DNA of 64,000 nt from Trichodelitschia bisporula. Lineage: Eukaryota. The DNA is taken from assembly GCA_010356995.1 (NCBI GenBank), contig ML996707.1:1-64000 (forward strand), given 5' to 3'. The position numbers and the translations under genes are program-made. The notes below the pieces were generated by a model. It worked only from the letters and a program-made list of their open reading frames with translations. It made no database searches and was not told the DNA's origin. This document shows, piece by piece, positions 45,076 to 57,006 of this stretch (position 1 is the first letter of the stretch; the number at the start of each line of letters is the position of its first letter).

Positions 45076-46839
45076 TCACCGCCGTCGCGTGCGTGGATCC
45101 AGCGCCTCCTCCCGCCGCCAGTCGCGCATCTCCTTCGTCCCCAGACTTCCCACCCCCCCTTCGCTTCGTCGCTCCCACCCCCCAAGCCGCACCACCAGCG
45201 CCGTCGCATTGTCGCCCTCCGTCGTGACCTCGGTCGCAAACGCTACCACGGCACGCGCGCCGTCCTCCGGCGTCTTCGCCTCCTTGACAATGTCGACAAT
45301 CTCCTGGTCGCTCAAGGTCCCGGACACGCCGTCCGACACCAGCACGATGAACGAATACTGCGCCGGCGACATCTCCACCAGCGTAATGTCCGGCTCAGCT
45401 GACACGCCGATGCGCTTGCTCGCCATGTCGCCGAACGCGCGTGTGTTAGCGAGCCCGAGCACGCGCTCCTCGCCGAAGCTGTCGGTCACAAACGTCGCGG
45501 CGTAGCGGCGCATGCGGTCCGCCTCGCGCGGGTGCGATGGGTGGTGGTCGGTCGTCGTCGGAACCGCGAGCCCGGTGCTCGTCTCGCAGAGCAGGATGCG
45601 CGTATCGCCGACGTGTGACGTTACGAGCGTTGCTGGCGACGACGGGTGCCAGTACGGCATCGCCGTCGGAGTCGAAATCAGCGCCACGCTGCACGTGCTG
45701 CCACCCTTGAAGCGCTTCGGGCCACCGATGACCTGTTTTCGCGCGGGGTCGCCGAGTATGTCGTCAGCGTTGATGGCGCGATCGTCCTTGACCGAATCCT
45801 CCGCCTTGCTCGCCTGCGCGGAGACGAACTCGTAATCCGCCCTGAGGAATGCGTACTCGAGCACCGTCTCGATGGCGCTGCACTTGGGGCTGTCCGGCGG
45901 ATCAGACGTGCTCTTCGCGTCTTCGACAAGGACGCGGCCCTTTCCGCCGCTATTTGAGGAGAAGAATTCGGGCTTGAAGCGGCGATAGTAGCCACCGACG
46001 AGGTCGCGCCAGGCACGCAGGAGGTCGCGCTGCAGCTGCTCTGTGCGCTCGGCGCGCTTCCGCTTCCTTTCGATGCCGGACTCCGATTTGGGCCCGTTTG
46101 TAGATGGCTCCAATGGCCCCAATGGCTCTATAGATGTCTCTTCCGTAGATTTGTCCATAGATCTGTCCGTAGATCCGTCCGTAGATTGCCTTTCCGCTGC
46201 TGCTTCGCTCGTGTCTCTTGCTGCAGCTGTTCCGGTGCCCCCCCGCGACTGCCCAAATGCCGTGATCTCGCCCTCGCGCCGCTTCAGGCTGCTCTGTAGC
46301 TCGAACATTTGCGCACTCTCCTCGACGTACGTGTGCAGGCGGTCACGGAGAAACTCGCTGCACTCGCTCCCTCCGTGTCCGTCGAAGACGCCATAGTAAA
46401 AGACTTGCGGATCGCCGCTTGCGCTGTCTGCCGACGTGCCCATGTTGGTTTGCTGTCGTGTCAAACTCATTGGGCGCCTCTTCGCAAAGGCCGGAATCTC
46501 AATCGTGCCCGCTTGGTAGGCATCCTCGTTATACGGGCGCTGGCCACGGCTTGTCGTCGCGCCAAAGTGATGTTTCGCACTCTTGAGCGGAATGCGCACG
46601 ACAGTCAGCTCGCGCGAGATGCCGACCATGGGAGGCGCCGCAGGTGAGCGATTTGAGCTGCGCGGGTCGTGGGGTACGGATTCATTACGCGGCAGCTTGT
46701 GGTGCGGCACCGAGCGCGAGTCGGGATGTAGCGACGACGACGGCAAGTGCGTTACGAAGTAGTCGTGGAAGTGACGGCGTGCTATCGTGATGCCATATAT
46801 GCGGCCGTTCGCGGCGGCTCGAATTGGTAACGTCCGCAT
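45076..46839 (-). CDS. PP2C-family protein phosphatase, probably mitochondrial Ptc6-like
   Basis: RGQRPYNED, YGVFDGHGG, GGSTCSV, SHVGDTR, LANTRAFGD, VLVSDGV, GDNAT motifs; Arg-rich N-terminus. Confidence 0.9.
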   Translation of the reverse strand: MRTLPIRAAANGRIYGITIARRHFHDYFVTHLPSSSLHPDSRSVPHHKLPRNESVPHDPRSSNRSPAAPPMVGISRELTVVRIPLKSAKHHFGATTSRGQRPYNEDAYQAGTIEIPAFAKRRPMSLTRQQTNMGTSADSASGDPQVFYYGVFDGHGGSECSEFLRDRLHTYVEESAQMFELQSSLKRREGEITAFGQSRGGTGTAAARDTSEAAAERQSTDGSTDRSMDKSTEETSIEPLGPLEPSTNGPKSESGIERKRKRAERTEQLQRDLLRAWRDLVGGYYRRFKPEFFSSNSGGKGRVLVEDAKSTSDPPDSPKCSAIETVLEYAFLRADYEFVSAQASKAEDSVKDDRAINADDILGDPARKQVIGGPKRFKGGSTCSVALISTPTAMPYWHPSSPATLVTSHVGDTRILLCETSTGLAVPTTTDHHPSHPREADRMRRYAATFVTDSFGEERVLGLANTRAFGDMASKRIGVSAEPDITLVEMSPAQYSFIVLVSDGVSGTLSDQEIVDIVKEAKTPEDGARAVVAFATEVTTEGDNATALVVRLGGWERRSEGGVGSLGTKEMRDWRREEALDPRTRRR

Positions 46840-47899
46840 GCTTGCCTCGTTGTTGGAGGACGCATGGTGCGGCTTCGACGCCTAGTTCATGGGCGCGCGT
46901 GAAGCAATGAGGGTGGAAGGGGGAAGGGGGAAGGATGACAGATGACAGGAGGAGTGATGGGCCCTCGGAAGGGATGTCAGACGAGAAGATGAGTGCCGGG
47001 CTTGGAAAGGAGAACAGACGAAAGGACAGACGAGAGACAAGAACACACAGGTGCCGGTTTCGCTCGACGCAATGTAATCACAAACGGTGCAACTTTGCGA
47101 ACTGGGCAGAGGGAGACGATTGCCGTTGAGCAGGGTCCCCGCCCTGCTGTGGCGTTGGCAGCCAGTCCTCTGGCCCGTTGAGAGGACACCAGTCGGACAC
47201 CGGCGACATACAAAGACATCAAAAGGCACCTTTGGTTGAGCAGCTAAAGGCGCAAAATGTGCAAAATTCAGAATTGGATTCGTTCCTCGCATCCTCAACT
47301 TTCAACCGTCAGTCCGCTAGGGGTGGACCGCGTCTCCGCAGACAGGGTCCCTCGCGTCTTTCCGGGCCCACTGTCGGGTGGCTAGCGATGGCGCGGCCGG
47401 TGAGCCACACGATTCAACAAAGCGGCTTCGCGGATCGGCTATTATAATATCATCTTCATATCAGAGGCCACGGTGAGATAGCCATACTACAGTAGGGTAC
47501 CGGTATCTGTATGGTTAGCCAGATGAGATGCAAGCTCGTCGTCTCGCCACTACCAGGCATAGGCATACATAATCATCAGGACCACCTTGTATAAAATCGG
47601 CTTGACTACTCTCAATAACTATCACCGCCGTGCCGAAATCGCCATCATGTTATCCACTGTTGCCAGAAATCACGACTGCCAGGCCACTGCCGTTGCCAAA
47701 ATGTCGGCGCGCTCTCTGCGGAAACGTCCAGTAATCGAATTGGGTATTTTATTCATGTGGTTGGACATCCGTAGACCATAGACCGCTGTGGGCTGCAGTG
47801 CCGTAAAAGCACCAGAGCCAGAGCTGTCGGAGCACCAGGCTGCCAAAGGCCTGCTCAAACCCCACGTCGCTCCAAACTCCAAGCTCAAACTCGCCGTGA

Positions 47900-48634
47900 T
47901 CAAAACTGGTCTAGAACCGTCAGTGTGTCCCATGAATGCTGGCAGTCTGCCACACGTACCCAGCGTCATGCTCATCGACACATCAGTGTTCTCCACCATC
48001 TTCTTGAACTCCTCGAAGCTGATCTTGCCGTCGCGGTCCAAGTCCGCTTCCATTATGGTCTTGTCGACGATCTGCTGCAACTGCTGGTCCTTCAGATTGC
48101 TGCCCACCATCATCTTCAACACAATAAAGAGCTCGCCGTTACTGATGAAGCCGTCGCGGTCGATGTCGTATACTTTAAACGCAAACTTCAGCTTCTCCTC
48201 CTTGTTGCCCTTGGAGCTGAAGGCGCTGAGGCCGGATACAAACTCCTGGAAGTCGACGTCGCCACCGCCGTCCTCATCGAAAATTGCTATCATGCGCGTG
48301 GCGAGCGGGTTCGACGACACTTGGGGCAGCGACAGGAACTCTTCACGCTCGATGGTCCCGGAGCCGTCCTACAGGCGTTAGCGGTGCGGAATGGAGCTGC
48401 AAGAAGCAGGATGACAGTGGAGTGACGCTGCAGACAGCGCAACAGTGACACTGTATCGAACATTACATACACCGACATACCTTATCCAGCTTCATGAACC
48501 GTTTGCGCAGGCGGTCGACTTCCTCGCGATCGACTAGCGGGGGGTCAGTAGGTGGGTAACAACGACGGATGACGGCACGCACAGTTCGACCCCTGCACAA
48601 TGTTGTCCAGTAGCTGGGAATTTGCGTTGCCCAT
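47900..48634 (-). CDS. CNB1: Calcineurin regulatory subunit B, 4 exons
   Basis: [35 protein letters not shown]; four EF hands ([36 protein letters not shown]); ends SMTLDQF*. Confidence 0.97.
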
Positions 48635-48862
48635 GATTTTGTAGTGTAGAGAGGGAGCCGTGAGAATATGTGCGAGAGTTCTATGTTGGTTCTGTGACCC
48701 CACGGGGGGCGATAGCAGGGTACGATGGCGGGTGAGGGCATGGCGGGCAGCAGCGAGGGGCAGATCTTATCGGATAAGATCCGACTTGGCTTCAACCTCA
48801 CCTCATCAACGTCGCATCGACGACACATCACTGCGCACCGCAGTCAATCATCGGCAATTGTG

Positions 48863-49469
48863 ATGGCGTCTCAGGCGTCCGGCGTCTTTGATATTGCGTC
48901 GACCATCCAGTCGGCGTCCATCAATCGCCACCCATCTGTCGCGCACGACGTCAATCCGGGCACCGCTGCCAGCAAGAAAGATCCCGTCTCGATCGACCCC
49001 GCGGGCACATTTTCCGATGTAGAAGAGGACGAGGTGCCACTGTCCGTGCTGCGACCGCTGCCGCGTAACCAAAACCTGCCGCCGCTGCCAGATCTACGCT
49101 TCGAGCAGAGCTATCTGCGGAGTATCGAGAAGACGGACGGCTGGGGAGGGGTGCTTTGGATCACGCTTCGGGACCAGGTATGTCAACTGTGTCGCCCAGT
49201 GCACTGCTGACGTTTAGGTCTTGCTTCCTCTTGCCCAGGGTACCATGTGGTCGCTGGTGTTGTTCGGATGGAGGCATTGGAACCGGGCTTCGCAGCTCTC
49301 AGGCGCCACGGTAGGCGCACGCATCCGGCGCTGGTGGTGGGGCGTGAACAACTGGCCGCTGCCGGGAGAGAAGGACAGGCGGTTTATGAGCAAGGTTGGT
49401 CATTCCCGATGCGCGAAATCACGCTAACAATGGCGGCTTCAGAATTCTTCGCGGGGATATAGTCGTTAG
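48863..49469 (+). CDS. DUF1770-like fungal membrane protein (3' exon boundary uncertain)
   Basis: PLPDLRFEQSYLRSI...WITLRDQV|LLPLAQGTMWSLVLFGWRHWN...RIRRWWWGVNNW; intron 49178-49217. Confidence 0.8.
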
Positions 49470-50059
49470 ATACATCGAGTTCGAAATCGAGATATACCCC
49501 AAGCAGCGGACCACCACTTCTACACATCGCTCATTTCCATCCTATGTGACTCGCAGACCTACTCACAGCGCCCGTAGGTCCTGCTCACGTAGCACGAAGT
49601 CTTCTTCTCCTGGTCGCTAAAGCACGTTCTGAGACACCGTGGTCGTCAATCGTGCTCAATGAGCATGTCGTCCGATGCTGCCAGCGACTGGAGACAGCTT
49701 TTCACTGAGCCGCCGTTTCGAGATAAGGAGCTTATCACTGCGCGTGGTCTGTGCTTTTTATAGTTTGCTCATTGTCGCCAGTGTCGCAGTTGCCCTCATT
49801 CTCAGCTACCAGCGCGCCCACTTTCCATAACCGGCAATTTCCTCGGTTGTCCAGCGGCACTACGATTGCCCGCCTGTGTGCCAAGCTCAATGCCAGCCTC
49901 GCAGAGGTGAATGAATACCATACCTACCTCCTCCTCCTCTGCCTCCTCCTCTTCCTCTCCTCATCCACAACCCCAATTACACCACCCCCACCCCCTGGTT
50001 CCAGTATCCCACATCTCCCTTTCACCACAATTCGGAATCCCAACACCATCACCATCAGA

Positions 50060-51298
50060 ATGGCGTCCCTTCTTCAGACCGGTGTTCCCGTCCTCCTTCT
50101 CACCGCCATCATGGCCCTCTTCTTCAATCCATTCCACCTTCTTCCTGGCGTCGTCATTCTGGGCACGTGGACCTACATCTGTCACCTCAAGGACAAGCTC
50201 AAGAACTGCAGCTACCCTGATAAATACCAGCGCGAGTTCCTGGAACGCAAGGATGCACACACTCTCGAGCGGCAGCGGGAGCTTGAGGACAAGGTGTACC
50301 GCCTGAACAGACAGCTTTCGCATGAATGCGAGAGCAACCGCGAGGCCCTGGACACGATCGATATCCTCAAGCGGCAACTGTCATCAGGCCATGAAGCTCA
50401 GCGCAAGCTGGAGCAAAAGCTCGACAATCTTCGTGGAAAGAATGAGGTCCTCCATCAGCGGCTGCAGCACCACCTCGACAGCTCGCATCGTCGCATCGTC
50501 GACGCACTCCAGGCTCGCATTGCGGAGCTTGAACGCATGGAAGAAACGTCGCCTGCCTCCATCGCCGCGCCCCCCATCACCCTCAATCAGGCTGCTGATG
50601 TCAATCACAATGCCTGCCAGCAACACATCAAGAAGCTGGAGGGCTTCCTCAACAATGCCAATGCCCGGGTTGAAGAGCTGGAGAAGGAGGCCACCACCAC
50701 AGCCAGCCGCATCCGTTTTGCGCAGGAGGAAATGCTGGCCGCAAAGGACCGCGCCCAGGCGGCTGAGAAGCAGGTCAGTGAGGCTCACGATGCCATCACC
50801 GACGTCAAGAACCGCGCCCAGCAGGTTCAGCTGCAGGCCATCGCTGCCATCCACGACGCCCAGGTCGCCCGCAAGGACTTCAGCAAGCTGGAGCAACAGC
50901 TCCAGGAGTGCCAGCATCTCGCCCTCTGGGCGCATGGGCTCATTGCCTACCTGGGTGCGACCTCCACCCAACAGGTGGAAGAAATGCTGGTCGCCGCTGA
51001 TGCCAATTTCAAGCTCGTCAGCGCCGAGAACGAATCTTTGAAGGCTCAGATCACGGAAATGGCCGGCCAGGCCACGACCGCCACCTCCGCCCCACCGGAT
51101 GCGAGTTTGAAGAGGAAGTTGGCAGCCGTCAAAGAGGAGCTTACCGCGAAGAACACCGCCCTCAAAGATGAACTTGCCGCAAAGAGCACCGCCCTAAAGG
51201 CAGAGAAGGACGAAGTTCAACGCCTCCTCGACATCATTCGAACGAAGATGGCGGAGGCTTACTCAGGTTACGCCGAGGAGGAGTCCGAGGAGGAGTGA
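50060..51298 (+). CDS. Hypothetical protein: N-terminal hydrophobic segments plus long coiled coil
   Basis: 412-codon intronless ORF from ATG 50060 with strong GC3 bias; hydrophobic VPVLLLTAIMALFF / LLPGVVILGTWTYI, then heptad-rich E/K/Q/L/A sequence. Confidence 0.7.
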   Translation: MASLLQTGVPVLLLTAIMALFFNPFHLLPGVVILGTWTYICHLKDKLKNCSYPDKYQREFLERKDAHTLERQRELEDKVYRLNRQLSHECESNREALDTIDILKRQLSSGHEAQRKLEQKLDNLRGKNEVLHQRLQHHLDSSHRRIVDALQARIAELERMEETSPASIAAPPITLNQAADVNHNACQQHIKKLEGFLNNANARVEELEKEATTTASRIRFAQEEMLAAKDRAQAAEKQVSEAHDAITDVKNRAQQVQLQAIAAIHDAQVARKDFSKLEQQLQECQHLALWAHGLIAYLGATSTQQVEEMLVAADANFKLVSAENESLKAQITEMAGQATTATSAPPDASLKRKLAAVKEELTAKNTALKDELAAKSTALKAEKDEVQRLLDIIRTKMAEAYSGYAEEESEEE

Positions 51299-51760
51299 TG
51301 GAATTGGCGGGATGTTGACCGAGTCTTCCATACGGCGTTGAGATAGGCCCGATTTTCTTGCTGAATTTCCTTTTGTACATGTAGTCTATGGCTTACGTAG
51401 GAATATGACTTCATGTACGACTATGATACCCGGAATTACTGATCATGTTTATGGGGAGCGGAAGTCCAAAGTGTTACGTGGAAGTTTACCAGATTCATTC
51501 AAACCGATCCAAGTCCTGAATGACAGCGTTCGGCCTTCCGGTGTCACATTCGCATTTAGGAAAGCGTCTGGTCTTGCAAGGGGTGTGCGGATGCAACTTA
51601 GACAATAGCTACATGAATGCTCATGGCTTGCATAATGTCGTGACACAGCACTCCAATCCGCGATACCAATCATAGAAGCCTATCCAAGTCTACGCTTGAG
51701 TAAGGCCATCGAGTCTAGCCGCAGCCATTCCATTTCCCAGCACGGTTCCATCTTCACCGC

Positions 51761-53224
51761 TCACAGCTTAACGGCAAATTGCTTCAAGTATTCGTAGTGC
51801 TCGACGTTCTCCTTGACCGTCTGCGCCATAATATCGGCGCCCTCCTTGCCGAACTTGGCCGTCCACTCCTCGTACAGCTGCTCGTCCGATTTAGGCGCCT
51901 TCTTCTGCTCCGTGTCAGTATGAGTGCCAGATGTCCGCCCCACACCACTTACGTGCGTCCGCGGCTTCAGCTCCTTCGACGCGATGGCGTCGTCATGGAA
52001 GCCGCGCCATTTCTCGAACGCCTCCTTTGCGCGCCGGTGGTCATCCTCGTTGTCCCACGTCAGCATCTCGGGGCTGTAGTTTAGGCCCGTCGCACGGCAG
52101 AATTGCTCGATCATAGCGTAGGGGTTATCGAGCATGTCGTCGGCGTCGATAACGCAGATCTCCACGCCGCCGTCACCCATGCCATTTGTCTCGCCGTTAT
52201 TCGCCTGCCCCGCCACCCGCGGTCCCACCTGCTCAATGCTCCGGAGGTAGTCAAAAACAGCACGCAGCTCCTTGTAGCCCGCTTCCTCGGGGTCGAAATT
52301 GTGGAAGCCGGTGACTTCGGCGAGCGGCGGCACGGTGCAGCGATAGTAGGACGGAATGCTGCTCCGCGGATGCCGGATGAGGAAGGCGAAGTGAAACTTA
52401 GAGAGCAGCGCACTGGGTACGACGGTCGGGTTGCCGGATTCGGCGGTCGTAGAGTAAGGGTAGGGCGGGGTGTTGAGCTTGGGGGTTTCGGTGACGCCGG
52501 TGTAGGAGAGCAGCGAGGGTGCAATGCTGACGGGCTTTGAGGCTGGCGGCACCCAGTAGTGAGCCATGTCCTTGATAAAAAGCCGCTTGCCCTGAGGAGT
52601 CAGCCATTGTAACTGGGACAAGTTGAATTAATGGGGGGAGTTATGGGGATGGAGCGGTTAGGAGGAGATGGGGGAGATGAAGCGGTTGGGAGGAGATGAG
52701 ATGTGGTAGTGGGAAGAAGTTAGGGATGAGAAGAGATAAATGGCAAGTGCGATAGAGACGTGAATTGAGGGAAATGGGAAGGGATGAGTCCCGTATTACA
52801 GCATGCACGATACATCGTAAACAGAGTACCCAATCGGGCACTCACGATCCGACATGGCATGGTGACGTCATAGTAGTGCAAAAAACACTTTAGGCACGCG
52901 ACCACAGACGTACCTCTTCGCCTTGCTTCTCAATGGCCTCGAAAATGGCATTGTATGTGCTGCCGCTGAAGCCGCTCTCGATACGTGTCTTCTCGTCCTT
53001 CTCGTAACGCGCGCTCAGCCGCTCCGGGCCAAAGTAGTATGCATCGCCAAAGGGCTCATGAACACACTTGATCGTGTCGTGGCACGTCATGAAGACCTAC
53101 GCTAGGCGAGTCAGAAAGGCCCACAACTACACAAGTATGGGAGGCGTACCCGCTCAAAGGCGGTCGAGCAGGCGCGGGGATGCGTCGCTACGAAGACGGG
53201 CTTCTGCGATTCGGGACTGGTCAT
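51761..53224 (-). CDS. Sulfotransferase-like P-loop protein (related to the N-domain of BCAT-like protein 2), multi-exon
   Basis: VFVATHPRACSTAFERVFMT...CVHEPFGDAYYFGPE...LFIKDMAHY...FLIRHPRSSIPSYY...VIDADDMLDNP; long intron 52592-52913. Confidence 0.85.
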
Positions 53225-55009
53225 GGTGTCGATGGATACGACTGGTGTCGAAGGGATATAGCTGATACCGTAGGCCTGATAGCGATGAGTGAGGGCGGCT
53301 CTGTTATCTGAAGTAAAGAGAGCACTGGGCGAAAAAGGCAACCAAAAAAGACTCGCTCGCCTAAATCGTGGATCCACCAAGCACTATTTATACGTCGCAA
53401 GGCGGATCGTCCGCATCTGAATCTGCACCCCATGCCGCGCCGTCGCTAATGCCTTCCCGCTCCAAGCGTCTGTCCAGGTTCTCTCGCCCTTCTAGCTCGA
53501 ATCGCGCCTAATGAGTACCGTAGTTTCACTACGTAGTAGCTCCCCCGCTCTGTCCCAGTGGCGAGTGAGGAATTTTCGTTAGCCCCCACCCGCCCACGGC
53601 CGCCTGCAGGAGTCTGAAGACAAAGTGCAACGCGGCGAGGCGGCGCCCACAGGTACCACCGCCATTGCTGTACACAACGTGCGCGGGCAGCGTGTGAGAG
53701 GTCCGAGTATGGAGGACATGCACCGCGCGAACGTGTAGCTGCATGCGTAGCGCGGCATGTGGGGGCGCATGGCGAAGCTTCAGTCGGGAACTTCATATTG
53801 CAATCCAGAGTGAAGTAAATACCCCTATCGCGAGTGTTGATGGCTAACCAAGAAGGCTTAACTTGAACGAAATGGCGGGAAAACGGCATTCTTGTGAACG
53901 TCATCCGCCTCTGAGATCTGGCCGTCATGATGCATTGACCTTACCGTATCCTCGAGTCTCGAAGGCGGTTGTGACTCGGCACCCGTTGGAAGCGGAGCAA
54001 AGCCTCACAGTCTCAGAAGTAGCCCCCCTTCTGCCCTCTCTGCCCGCTCAACGGGTTCCCAAACCAACTGCACCGTCGTCCGGCGTACATCGTCGACAAT
54101 GCTGCCGCGCACTTGAACTAATAAGCCCACCTTAGCTTCCGTCACCGGCGTCACGCCAGAAGCAAATCCCGCCCGTCCGGCCTACGCTAATTTACGAACT
54201 CGCTCCACCATGGCCAACTCTCCATGCACGATCCAGACCCCGCCGCAGCGCGCTGTCGTCATGTCACCGCAGACTGCAGGCCGCCGGATGCGGCACTGAC
54301 TCTGATGTCCAGAGATATGCGGCGCGCCTATCTTACCGCGACGTTAGCAATTGACTAGTTCCTTTGAGACTCCGCTTGCTCGTCTCACCGTGGCGAGCCC
54401 GATCCCCGACCCCGCCCCCACACCTAAGGTAACGGGCGTACCACAGTAGTCCGCGAATAATGTGGGATGGGCAGGGCGGCTTCCGCTGCCTGCGACGACA
54501 TTGACGTTGGACATGTTGCGAACGGCGGACGAATAGCAGTCTGCGTCACCAATGTCGCAATAAGCCACAGCTACCACGATTGGCTGCGCGCATCGGGCCG
54601 TCGTGGCGACTCTCGCCTTGGGTGGAAGGCGGGCGTGTGATGGATGTGGAGAAGCGGCAGTCATGCAGGCCGCGTGGCTTTGGTGGGGGCGTATCAGTGC
54701 TGTAATCGATTCATCGGACCGTGGAGCTTGCATATTGCGTTATGTTCATCTGAACATCTCCAACATGTGACGTGAAGGCTGCATTGAGCCGATAGGATCG
54801 CCTTGGACACTTGGTCCACTCCCTATCTCCTCATCGTGCAGCAGATGCAAGAAACCCCACGATCAATGAATTACTCTTACGGTATTTGTGACTCAACCGT
54901 CGTCGCCGACATGCGACCATTCGGCTCTCCGCCTTGGTAGGCCTCAGCCTCATGCGCCCGTCGCCCTCTCCTCTCACCTCACCCACAGCCCACCCACTTC
55001 CATCATCCT

Positions 55010-55512
55010 CTACCACTGTTGCGGCCCGCACACCGTCGTGCTCGTCGTCACCGTCCTCTCGCGGTTCTCCTGAATCACCGTCTCAACCGCTACACTCTCC
55101 GTCGTCGTCGTGATCAGGCTTGTAATGGTCGATACCACGTTCATGATGATAGTGCGTGTGCGTGTGCGCGTCCGAAGGCCCGGCTGCTGTGTGGTATAGC
55201 TGAAAATCTCGACCGTGCACACCTGCGGCTGCGTAATCGCGGGCGGCGGCGACGGCTGCGCAATCGCGGGCGGCGGCGACGGCTGCCGGATAGTGGTCCG
55301 CGAGACGGGCGAGCCCGTGGCCGACGCCTGAATTGCTGATGACCACGCCGACTGAACCCACGGTGGGGGCGTACCGCCGTTGCTATTGCGCCAGCCGCCC
55401 CAGCCTTGGCTCTGCGCAAGAGCGAGGGAGCTGTCTCGTCAACATGTGTACCGCACGCGCGTACAGCGACATACCCGAAGCTCAAGGTAAGGAGCGTAGC
55501 AAACTGCACCAT
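55010..55512 (-). CDS. Small secreted Thr/Pro-rich protein (2 exons, ~151 aa)
   Basis: Signal-like MVQFATLLTLSFGYVAVRA. Intron 55328-55374 (GTACGC...CAG, weak branch site) joins in frame to QPSPPPAI x2 and a Thr-rich tail ending VCGPQQW*. Confidence 0.6.
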
Positions 55513-57006
55513 TTGAAAGAGCGAATGAAAGCGATTACGGGGTGACCGACACCAGCGGAGACCCGACCGATATAAGGTCTGCCGACCCGCCGAAGCAAAT
55601 ATTAGCCAACAACGGCAAGCAGCCCTCCCTCGGCACCGGAGCGGCGTCCAATGAGCACCCACTGGGCAGCCAGTGTGCGGTCAAGGTGCGGCCCAAATAA
55701 TGTCAATACGCAAGCCGGTTAATTAACCCCGACAGAAATCGCCTCCAGGCGCGCGTGCAGCCCTCCCCCGCGAGGCGAGAGCGAACAATTTCCACCAAGC
55801 GTCAGGTGCTGTGCTCGAGGGAAGACGATACGAGGCCGTGCTCGTTTCAATTTACGCTTCGCACAGAGGCATCTGCCGTCTTGGTGTCTTGATGTCGCCA
55901 AGGGCGGGGTGTCCATATTGCGAGCTCAGATCCCCAAATGGATGGAAAGCATGGAGACGTGGGGAAAGGCACGGGTGTATGGGGTGCTTCCGGGGATAAC
56001 ATAGCCTTCCGGCCACCGAGCTTGAGACCGGTTTAGCAGCATATCGGGCGGTATATAGCATTGGCGAGCGGCACATCGATCGTGTTTCGGACAAGCATCT
56101 GAAGAAGAGGGCATCGAAGGTTGTCGCCTAAGATATCGGGAAGGGCGAGGGAAAGCCTAGAAGCTTCGGGATCAGCCACTTGTCCTAGAGTAGCTTCTCC
56201 TCATCTGCCATCTGCTATGTCCATCGGCCATTTTGCTGTCATTTGTGCGTCTAGCTGCTGATCGGATCTCCCGCATCTCCGGCGGCCTTCGGAAGCCAGC
56301 CCCCAAGACGATCCCGTTTCAGCTACGCACGATATGACGACCGGCTATTCTTTCCGACAGCCAATGTCGGGACACATGACGGGACATGATAAAGTGGGCT
56401 GTGAGGGACAAATGGCATGGTCAGCAGGGGCGGGATCCGTCAGGTAGATTGCAAAAGCTTATGTCTGTGAAGGGCTGGGCGACCATATGTATACTGTGAT
56501 GCGAGATGAACCGTCCACGCGAGTTGTACTATAGAAGAAGAGTCGACGAGATGATGTTCGATGTTGGCCGATGCGGGGAAAGTGGACGAGTTGGAGCAGG
56601 CAGGGAAGGGTCGACGTCGCGCTGATGTTACGACATCTGCACGTGATGTGATTTTTCCAACCACTCAACCTCATGCATCCCAAGCAGAACTTGGAGATTG
56701 TCGCCGATAATCCACTTGCAAGCGAAGTGAGAGCTGCCTCACATGAGTATCGAGATCTTCAGCAAGCGATAGCCGTGCGGAAAACAACGGCTCGACTCCG
56801 CCCGGCTCGGCTGCGTGGCCTCGCAGGTTATGCGGCCCCAGGGGAAGGACACAACGTCAGAGCGACTCACAGTAGGAGCATACAGTGCACAGTACGAGTA
56901 CCGCCGCTAACCATTGAATTGGCACTAACAACTCTACCCTAGCTCATAACCTCACTGAGAGAAGAATGCTGCCCACAGGCGAGCGACGAATCAAGTCCCA
57001 AGACCA

